This document shows positions 1 through 9,369 of a DNA stretch of 64,000 bases, one piece after another (positions within the stretch are counted from its first letter, which is position 1; the number at the start of each line of letters is the position of its first letter). A program made the position numbers and the translations under genes. The DNA comes from Hyaloraphidium curvatum SAG 235-1 (taxonomy: Eukaryota; Fungi; Monoblepharomycota): positions 62,001-126,000 of the forward strand of contig JAIVFI010000025.1 in NCBI GenBank assembly GCA_025558095.1, written 5' to 3'. The notes under the pieces were generated by a model. The model was not told the origin of the DNA, did not search any database, and saw only the letters and a program-made list of their open reading frames with translations.

Positions 1-2
1 GC

Positions 3-191
3 TTCGCCATCCTTCGCCTCGCGACGGGCGAGCGGACGCTGGCCAACTGCGCCGGCGGCAGCGCGACCGCGGCCTGGCTAATCGACCCTGCGACGGAACC
101 CATCGGCGCGACGGTGAAGGTGTGGACGGACGGCAGCCCTGGGAAGGAGACAAACTGGTTCGAGATGGCAGGCTCTAAACCCAATCTGTAG
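3..191 (+). CDS. 3' end of an unidentified protein-coding gene (runs off window start)
   Basis: Open frame FAILRLATGERTLANCAGGSATAAWLIDPATEPIGATVKVWTDGSPGKETNWFEMAGSKPNL ending TAG at 189-191, GC3-rich codons; no family recognised. Confidence 0.45.
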   Translation, partial: FAILRLATGERTLANCAGGSATAAWLIDPATEPIGATVKVWTDGSPGKETNWFEMAGSKPNL

Positions 192-263
192 GTCAAACTA
201 TAGTAGAGGCACTCGGACTCGTGCTCTTCTGCCAGCCATTGCCGCTATCTGAGTCTTAAGGAT

Positions 264-1695
264 TCAAACCAGGCTGGATCCGACAGGGCCCGTAATTCTA
301 AACATAGATTCGCATGAGTATGTACAGGATCGGTCAAAATTTGAGATCTTGACTTGCGAGACCGCCACTGTCGGTTGAGTTGGCTGGATGGAGGACGGAG
401 CGGCCGCGCCTTTCCCGCCGGGCCAGAACCTGCGCTTCCAACCCGCGATCTTGCTTTCCGCCTCCGCCTCGTTGCGCTCGAGACCCATAGATCGCCGCAT
501 CGCCTTGACCCTCGACGGCGGCTCGGTCGGGAACAGTTTGTACCAGAGGCCGGCAACGACCTACAGGGGGGGAAGTCACCGATCTGCTGAACGCCCGCGA
601 AAGCACTCTTTCGTAGCACCTACGGCATATGTCCCGTACAGTATCAGCCCCAGCCCCAAGAACACCATGCAGAACCGCCCGAATCCCGTGGTCTTGAACT
701 GCTCAAGCCCCGACCCAATGTAGTTCGACCCGTTAAGCCCCGCCGACGCCGGCACCCCTTCGGCGGCCTTGAAGAAGAGCACGGCGCATGCCATGAACAC
801 CACCGCACGGGCGAGGATGCCCGCCTGGCCGAGCACGTACACGGCCATGCGCTCCCACCGGCGGGGTGCGATCTTGTTGGGATCGAGGTCGCGCTTGAAG
901 CTCCCCGTCAGGGCGGGGACAAGCTGACTGAGGAAGGCGCAGAGGAAGCCGAGCCCGACTATGGCGAGCCCGGCGCGGCCGGCAGTGGTCTGGGCCCAAC
1001 AGTCGAGGCCAGAGCATGGGGCGCCGCTCGATGACGTCGAAGCTGTCGGGTGAGAGAAGAGGGGAAGAAGTAGATGCAGTAGATTATATACCTGCGATGC
1101 GTTTTTCGGAGGGAGGATTGATGGTTGATCGGCAAGTCGAGTTCGAATAGTTGAAGCCAAGTCAATCGGTTTCGGGTAAGCCACCAGACGAAGCACGAGA
1201 ACTCACATGGAACCCGACACGAATGGAGAGAGCCTGAACTTGAAGAAGTTGCCCACGGCGCCCTTTTCGGTGTCGTATCCGGCTCCGACGACGCACTGCC
1301 GCGAAAGTTGAGGATGATCAGAGCCGTCCGAATGCGGCGCTTTCAGCGCCCACCTCGAAGTACCGCCAGAAGGCATAGAGCAGTAGCCCAATGCCCAGGA
1401 TCACGAGCAACGGTTCCCCCGCGTCCCCGACGAGCAGGAACGCCCCAACCGGCGAGCCATGACCCGCCGACGCCGGGTCGCCGAGCCCGGACCTGATGGT
1501 TATCCCGCCCAGGATGGCGTACACGACGCCCTTTGCCGTCCAGCCGATACGCCCGGCGACGACGTCGAACGTTCGCGCCCGCCGGCTGTGCGGGCCTCGG
1601 GGATTGTTGAACTTGAACCAGAGGGCGCGGGAGTGGCGCGACGCGGCGGCCGCGGCGTCGCGAGCCACGGCCTCCGCCTTTTCGGGGATGTCCAT
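264..1695 (-). CDS. DUF1206-repeat multi-pass membrane protein (spliced)
   Basis: Repeated units GRIGWTAKGVVYAILG / GRAGLAIVGLG / GQAGILARAVVF / GRFCMVFLGLGLILYG typical of DUF1206; GT-AG introns join ORFs 1318-1695, 576-1196 and 264-500. Confidence 0.7.
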
Positions 1696-1869
1696 CGCCT
1701 GGGTGGCGCAGAGAAGCGAAAGGCAGACCGACGGGTTGCCGAGTGCAAACTGTTGCTGACGTGGCCCGGGACCGAGGCTGGTACGTCACAGCCCCACAAG
1801 CGACCACCCTGATCCTCGAAAGAAAAGTCTATGATGATGCCCAGATTGCAGCGCTACACACCCATCGGC

Positions 1870-4800
1870 CTATGCCAAGTCCTCCGACGCCCTCTTCGAT
1901 CCGCCCAAAGTCGAGTTTGTGTCCGACTTGGCCGAACCGTCCGAACCCGGCGACGCCGGGACGTCGGCGTCCGAGATGGTCAGCGCGATGGGCGCCGCCC
2001 CATCGACGTCGGCGACCGCCTTGGCCGCGTCCGCCGCCGCCGCCGCCGCCGCCTTGCGCTTGAGCGTGCCGTCCTGCACCGCGCTCTGCACCACGCCCCA
2101 CCGCTGGACGGCGGGCGTCGCGTAGAACTCGCCCTTGTTGTTGGCCGGTTGCGACTCGTGCGTCTGGCTGCGGACGCTGACGGCGTCCTGGCCCTTGTTG
2201 GAGATGATGCTCTGGGCCTCGGCGCCGTAGAGGCGCCCGCCGCGGAGCTGCCGGAAGAAAGAGAGGTCGCCCGGGGCGGCGGCGGGCTCCGCGTCCGCGG
2301 GCATCGGCACGATGGCGTGCACGTTGGATGCGGGGGAGATCCGACCGGTGGGAGGCAGCGCGTCGTCGGGGCCGGGGGCGAAGGGGTCGAGGTCCGAGGT
2401 CGAGAGCTGGGTGAGCGGCACGATCTGGCGGAACTCGGGCCGGGGCTGGCGGTTCTCGGGCAGGCAGCGGAGCCAGAAGAAGTAGAGGTCGTTCGGGATC
2501 AGGCGGGCGACCACGCCGACCGGCAGCGAGAGGAGGCCGACGAAGATGCAGATGGCCCACTGTACGCCGGTCAGGGGCTTGACCTTGAAGGCAACACCGC
2601 CGAAGAAGATGCTGCGGGCACGGGGTGAGCCGGTGTCATGGCAACGCCCGCGAAGAGCGACCCACATGAGGACCTGGCACGTCACGATGAAGGCAAAGAT
2701 GTACAGGAAGGCCTTGTTGCGGAGGATGCCAGAAAAGACGTTGAGCTTGTTGTCAAGGCGACGGCAGCTAGGAGGCAGGGGATCAGCGACCGAGCAAAGC
2801 CCACGGCGGCAAAAGAACCGACTTGATCATGTTCCACATCTGCGCAATGACGAACGTGTTGAAGATCAGCGTCTTGAGCTGCATCTTCTGCGTGTAGAGC
2901 TGGTCGGTCCACTCCTCCGGGGTGCCGAGCCACGACGTCGGCGGCGGGACGGTCTCCAGGTTCACGGTGATGCCGCCGGCGTACGCGAGGTCGGAGTAGC
3001 TGTTGAGGAGGGGCGGGGATCAGGTTCGGGTCACGGCACAGGGCAGGAGGCCTACGCACCCAAAGATCCAGGGGCCGCCAAAGAGGAAGATCAGGGCGAC
3101 GGTGACTTGGAAGAGCGACTGCGACAGGATCATCTTCCACACTGTTGGAAAGAGGTTAGTCCGAGTCCGCGAGCCCGCGGCGCTGGGGGAACCCACTGTT
3201 GAGCGAGATGATGGGCGAGTCCTTGCCCTGCGGCATCTTGTCCAGGATCTCCTCGGTCGGCTGCTCGGTGGCGAGCGCGAGCGCGGCGAGCACGTCCATG
3301 ATGAGGTTGACCCAGAGGATCTGCACGGCGGTGAGCACGGGCTCCTCGTTCCCGTCGGCGACGGCGGAGATGAAGGCGAGCGAGACGGCGGTGACGTTGA
3401 CGGTGAGCTGGAACTGGAGGAACTTCTTGACGGCGTCGTTGACGGCGCGGCCCCACATCATGGCCTTGACGATCGAGGCGAAGTTGTCGTCTGCAAAACT
3501 CGCGTCAGAAGGGGGAAAAGGCCGAAGACGATCGCAACCCACCCATGAGGATGATCGACGAGGCCTCCTTGGCGACCTCGGTGCCGGCGATCCCCATCGC
3601 GAAGCCCACGTCCGCCATCTTGAGCGCCGGCCCGTCGTTGGTCCCGTCGCCCGTGACGGCCACGGTCTCGCCGAGCGCCTTGAGCCTGCCGACGAGGAGC
3701 TGCTTGTCCGTGGGCGACGAGCGGGCGAGCACCTGGAGGCGCGGCAGGATGCGGTCCATCTCCTCCTCCGACAGCGTGCGGAACTTGGCGCCCTCGATCG
3801 CGTAGCCGTAGCCCTTCTGGTAGATGCCGCACTTGGTCCCGATGGCCTTGGCCGTGACAATGTTGTCGCCCGTGACCATGCGCACGACCACGCCGGCCTT
3901 CTTGCACTTTTCCACGGCCTCGGCGACGCCGGGGCGGAGCGGGTCCTCGATGCCGACGATGGCGAGCATGGTGCAGCCGTGCATGCAGAGCTCCTGGAAG
4001 GCCTCCTGGCTCTGAAGGATGTCCTGCTCCGTGGCCTCGACCTCGGGCATCTCCTCGAGCGCGAGGCGCTTCTCGATCGCGGCCGAGTCGGCGGGCGCGC
4101 CGGTCTCGACGGCGCGGGCGATGAGCTTGCGGCGGACGGCGTCGAGCTGGTCCTGCTTCATCTTGGCCAGGGCGCGCTCGCGGATCGGGCCGGCGGTGAG
4201 GGACTCGAACTCGGCGGCGGTGAGGTCGCGGTAGGCCAGGCAGATGGTGCGGAGCGACTCGCTGGCAAAGGCGTTGATGATGTCCTCCTGCGGAACTTCG
4301 GTCAGCAAAGAGCACAGAGGCGACCGCCGCCGGGCGGGAAACCCACCTGGATGTGCACCGAGGTCCTCTCGTCGAGCGCGTCGAGCCTAGCCTCGGCGCC
4401 TTTGCCGTCCTGGGGCAGGACCGCGAGGTACCGGCAGAATCCGAGCACGATCTCCGAGGCGCCCTTTACAAACACCCTGTAGACCGGCTCCTTGCCCTCG
4501 TTCTCGACGCGGATCACCGTGGCCATGCTCTTGCGCTCCGACGAGAAGGGGTAGTCCTGCACCGTCTTGAGGGCCGGCGACGCGCGGAGCCCCTTGAAGT
4601 CGCCGTCGGGCCCGCCCATGCGCACGGAAAACTCGAGCAACGCGGTCTCGGTCTTGCTCCCGACGAGGGTCGGCAGCCCCGTCTTGGGGTCGGCCCCCTC
4701 GAAGGCGGTCGAGTTGACGGCGATGCCCTGCTGCAGGATCGAGAGCACCTTGGAGGCGGGGACGGCGCCGGCGGAGGCGGCCTGCGGGAGGGCGGCGACG

Positions 4801-6368
4801 CGGGCGGGGATGCCCGAGATCTCGTCCTCGCTGTCAAAGGTGACGGTCATGCCGACGACGCCCTTGACGACGGTCATCTTGTTCTGGGTGAGGGTGCCGG
4901 TCTTGTCGGAGCAGATGGTGGTGGCGCTGGAGGGCGAGATCATCAGCACCGATCGGATCGACGACGCAGCGGGCCGAACCCACCCGCCCATGGTCTCGCA
5001 GGCCGCGAGCACGCGCACGAGGTTGTTGTCCTTGAGCATCTTGATCGTGCCGTAGGCCAGCGACAGCGTGACGGCGAGCGGCAGCCCCTCGGGCACGGCG
5101 ACGACGATGATGGTGATGGCCGAGATGATGATCTGCACGAACTGCTGCAGAGCCTCCGAGGCGCACTCCTGCGCGCTGCAGTCCGGGCCGAACCCTTGGC
5201 CGCCGGGCACGACGACGGTGAGGATGTACTTGAGCGAGAGGACGATGAACATGAGGATGGCGGCCGAGGCGCCGAGCTTGGCGATCTTTTCCGCGAGCTT
5301 GTCGAGCTTGACCTGGAGCGGGGTGTCGGTGGCCTCGGTGCGGAGCGCTAGGGGGGGCCGAGTGGGTCAGTTGATGCACCGCGATCATGCGGCCCGGCGG
5401 CCACCCACCCATCATGGTCTTGCCGAAGAAGCTGCGCTGGCCGACGGCGCACACGATGAACCGCCCGGTGCCCTCGAGCACCTTGCCGCCCGAGAGGATG
5501 AAGGGGTCCCAGTGCTTCTCGCCCTGCGGCAGCGGGCTCTTCTTGATCGCGTCCGACTCGCCCGTCGCGGCCGACTCGTCGACCTTGAGGTTGCCCGAGG
5601 ACGAGAGCAGCACGCCGTCGACGGCCAGCACGTCGCCGGGCTCGAGGGTCATGATGTCGCCGACGACCACGTCGTAGATGGAGATCTCCTTGACGGCGCC
5701 GCCGCGCACGGCCACCACAGTGCGGTCCTCCTTGACCGCGTTGAGCTTGCGGAACTGGCGCTCCTTCTGCCAGTCGTTGATGGAGCCGGCGAGGATGACG
5801 ACCAGGACGGCGATGAGGATGGCGGTGCCCTCTAAAAGAGTGAGCGGGGGAGGTCAGCGTGTGGGGTGGGGATCGCACGGCGTGCAGGCAGACACCCACC
5901 GACCCAGTGCACCTTGGGCTCGTCCGGCTTGGCCAGCGAGGGGTCAAAGTCCTGCCACAGCCCGAAGGCGAGCGAGATCACGGCGGCGCACGAGAGCAGG
6001 ATGATGGTTTTGTCCTGGGCCGCGAGCCACATGAGCTCGAAGATGGTCTTTGCCTTCTGCTCGGGCAGCCTGTTGTCGCCGTAGATTTCGCGGCGGCGGT
6101 CGATCCCCGGCGAGGAGGGCACGGTGTCCAGCGGGACGGCCTTGCTGTCTGCGGCGAGCGCGGCGCCCGCGTCGTCCAGCCCGCGGGCGGGGTCGACCAG
6201 CAGGCCCTGGCAGACGCCTGCGCCGCCGCCGAGGGCCGTCAGGAGGTCGGTCGACTTGGGGTCGAAGAGCTGCACGAGCTTCGACGGCGCGAAGGCGAAG
6301 GGCGCGGGGTCGGGGTCGGGCAGCTCGGCGGGGCCATCTTCCGCCTTGCGGCGCCCGAAGCAGCCCAT
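1870..6368 (-). CDS. PMC1: P2B-type (PMCA/Pmc1) calcium-transporting ATPase, multi-exon
   Basis: [69 protein letters not shown] motifs across spliced ORFs; [11 protein letters not shown] at 6368. Confidence 0.93.
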
Positions 6369-6863
6369 CGCGGAGCAGTAAGCGGGGAGCAGAACGACTC
6401 TGAACTCCGACGCCCCGCTGGTTTTTGTCCTGGCCGCGGCATTGCGTCTTGCGGGCACCCGTTGCAACGGCACCGGGCACAGGAGACCGCGGTCCCGCAA
6501 ACAACGGGGAGGTGTGGAATCAACCTCAACCATCTCCGGCCGTCGCGGCATTGATTCGTCCAGGGGTGATCCGCCTACTGATGCCACGCTCAACGGTGCC
6601 TTCGATCCGGGGCCCCCTGCATCTCCGCGGCGGTCGGCCGCCCGGCTGGGTGATCTTGCGCCGGGCGCAGCGGACCCAAACGGCTCCCCGGATCGGACTA
6701 GCAAGCGCCCGGAAGGGAGCGACCAACACCCATGGATCAATCATCTTCCTGCCAAACGAAAGCCGTGGAGTCGTTCCCGGCAAAATTGGAGTACGGACGG
6801 CCAAGAGCGATTCTCCGCAGCTGCCCGCCCCGCCGATGGCGCTGCGTACGGCCTGGACTCCGA

Positions 6864-6886
6864 GAGCACGTGCTCGGGATCACGTG
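6864..6886. promoter_or_regulatory. Paired E-boxes (CACGTG), first within perfect palindrome GAGCACGTGCTC, upstream of PMC1
   Basis: gagcacgtgctc at 6864-6875 and cacgtg at 6881-6886, about 500 nt upstream of the PMC1 ATG. Confidence 0.3.
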
Positions 6887-7107
6887 CGCAGATCCCCCGG
6901 GTGGAACGGCTGTGGTTTGCTGTCGCGGGTGTGCCGGTCGTGGGCAAGGCGGACTGTCCGTTGGGTTCCAGCAGGGACGGAGGGATGCCTCGGGAGAAGC
7001 CAATCGGCGAGCGCCCAACACGTTGGCGGGCCCACCCTTCAACACCCTCGCACATAGCAGCACCTTGCCTCAGCATCCCCCTGTGACATGACCGCCCTCC
7101 CACGTCC

Positions 7108-7737
7108 TCACGACGTCCTGTCGCTTCCTCCCGCTCCCGCCTCCGCGACCTCCCCAACACCGCCCTCACCGTACCCCTCCCACGCCCCCCTCAGCAGCCC
7201 CCTCTCCCTCCAAAACGACTTGCCATAAGACAGCAGCACCTCTTCCCCCCTTGCGATCCCCCTATCGAGGGCAAACAGCCCCATCCTGACCTCGCCGCAG
7301 TCCGCGTCCGTCCACTCCCCGAACCCGGCGTTGGGCTTCCCGGCGACCCCGCGGAAATCGTTCGCGAACCGCGCGGCGTTGCCGCCCCGGGCGGCATCGA
7401 CGCACAGCGAGCCCAGCCGGACGGCGTAGTTGCTGCCCGGCGACTCAGAGAGGCATAGGTCGCCGGCGTACTCGCACAGCAGCGTCCGCGGGGGGAACGC
7501 TTTCGTGGCAAATAGACCCCTCTGCCCGCACGCAGGATGCCCCGGATCCGCAATAGTTCGGATGCGGAGCGAGGAGAGGGCCTGCTTGGCCAGCTGCGAG
7601 CCCGACGCGCGAATTGGGGCGGAAACGGAGTCCGAGGCCAGCCGGCGGCGGAGGTCGGGCGGGCCGCGCGTCCGTGGGAAAAAGATGAGTTCGGGGGGCC
7701 AGCCCGGAGGCGATGGCGGCGGAGTTTGGGAGGGCAT
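7108..7737 (-). CDS. Small SET-domain protein (putative lysine methyltransferase), intronless
   Basis: GQRGLFATK, CEYAG, DAARGGNAARFANDFRG..PNA, IARGEEVLLSYGKSFW. Confidence 0.85.
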   Translation of the reverse strand: MPSQTPPPSPPGWPPELIFFPRTRGPPDLRRRLASDSVSAPIRASGSQLAKQALSSLRIRTIADPGHPACGQRGLFATKAFPPRTLLCEYAGDLCLSESPGSNYAVRLGSLCVDAARGGNAARFANDFRGVAGKPNAGFGEWTDADCGEVRMGLFALDRGIARGEEVLLSYGKSFWRERGLLRGAWEGYGEGGVGEVAEAGAGGSDRTS

Positions 7738-7783
7738 TGCTAGCCGGGACGCGGTGGACAGTGTGAGGCGTGGGAGCTTTGCC

Positions 7784-7990
7784 ACAGCTCCGATCGGCTC
7801 CAGCTGTCACCGTTCCAGCTCCAGGTTTAAAAGAGCTCTGTCTTCAACGTTCCAGCTCCAGCTCCAATAATCTCCAGCTTCCCAGCTCCAGCTCCAGCTT
7901 TTTCAATGCTCCAGCTCCAGCTCCAACAATCTCCAGCTTCCCAGCTCCAGCTCCAGCTTTTTCAATGCTCCAGCTCCAGCTTCCAACGCC
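7784..7990. repeat. CCAGCT-based tandem repeat with a 59-bp higher-order unit (2 full copies plus a partial)
   Basis: tccagctccagctccaa(t/c)aatctccagcttcccagctccagctccagctttttcaatgc starts at 7851 and 7910, partial at 7969. Confidence 0.9.
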
Positions 7991-8089
7991 CCCCAGGATT
8001 CAACGGACCAGCTTCTGCATTCTCCCCGGTGGACGAATCCTACATGTGGAACAGCTCTACCCGACTTTCATCCGGTGGCGAGCCCCAAG

Positions 8090-9220
8090 CTACCGCGAAG
8101 GCCGGATCAGCAGCGGCACGCTCGCCGCGACCCCCCCGTCCACGCTCATGTGGATCCCCGTGATCTGCCACCGCACGAATCGTCAGCCTCGTCCATCACA
8201 CTACCGCATCCAGCCACGCCACCCACGTAGCTCGAGTCGTCCGACGCCAGGAACACCGCGGCGTTGGCGATCTCCTCGGGTATGCCGAACCGGCCCATGG
8301 CGCTGAGCTGGCCCACCCTGCCGATCGAGCCGCGGCTGCGCGCGCGGTCGAACATGGCCTTGGTCATCTGCGTGTCGATGATCCCGGGGCAGATGGTGCT
8401 GCGGCGCGCCGTCAGAGCGGAAAGGGACCCGGTGGGCAACCCGCAGCCCACTTGACCCGGATCCCGGTGTTGCGCAGGTGCCACGCGCCCGTCTGCGCGA
8501 GGTTGATCACGGCGGCCTTGCTGGCGTGGTACGCCGGCGTGGGAACGAGGTCCGTGTTGCGCAGACCCGTGTCCGAGGCAACGGTGACGATGGAGCCGCC
8601 CGCGTCGGGCTTGGAGGCCGAGGTGACCTTCATCGCCTCGCCGGCGTGCTTGATCGCGAGGAACGCCGAGAGGGCTGGAACGGCGGGGGGTTGGAGGACG
8701 GCGCGACGGATCAAGAGACAGACCAGCACCCACAGTTGATGGTCTGGATCCGGATGAAGGTCTCGGGCGTGCAGGTCGCGAAGCTGTCCCTCTGGTTGCC
8801 CATGTCCACCCCGGCCGCGGCAAAGAAAACATCCAGCTTCCCGTGCTCCCTCACCGCCCTCTTGCAGATCCCCTCCACGTCGCCCTCGTCCGACGCGTCC
8901 ACCCGCGCCGTCACGACCTTGGCCCTGGGCGCGGCCTTCAGTATGTCCTCCCTGTTGCGCTCCAGGTGCTCCGTCGAGATGTCCGTGAGGTACACGCACG
9001 CGGCGCCGTGCATCGCAAACAGGAGCCCCGCGGCGCGGCCGATGCCCGACGGGGTGCCGCCGCCGGTGATGATGCAGACCTTGCCCTCGAGGCGCGGGCG
9101 GCCGACGCGGGAGAGAAGGTGCGAGCGCGTCTTTTCGGCGTGGTCGGACGGGGGCTGGGAGCCGTTGGTCTGCTCCGGCGAAAGGAGGTGGTTCTTGACC
9201 TGCTCGACGCGTGAGGCCAT
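8090..9220 (-). CDS. Short-chain dehydrogenase/reductase (FabG-like) with N-terminal PTS2, multi-exon
   Basis: ITGGGTPSGIG, GKLDVFF, YHASK (YxxxK), ICPGIIDT, GRFGIPEEIANAAVFLASDDSSY|ITG..VDGG; N-terminus RVEQVKNHL; stop TAG at 8090-8092. Confidence 0.9.
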
Positions 9221-9369
9221 TGTGCCTGGAGGAAGAACGGGCGAGGTATGTTGCGGGAGACAGGAGGATCAGGTGGCAAGTGGGCCGCTCGTCGAAACCG
9301 CGCTGCTCTTCGGGCGATCGCCAACTTCGATCGTTCTATCCTCCCCTCTGCTCTCCAGCATGATATACG

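Noticed and set aside
7851-7985. Repeat array as CRISPR or telomeric repeat
   Set aside because: No unique spacers, no cas genes, eukaryotic context; unit is not TTAGGG-like
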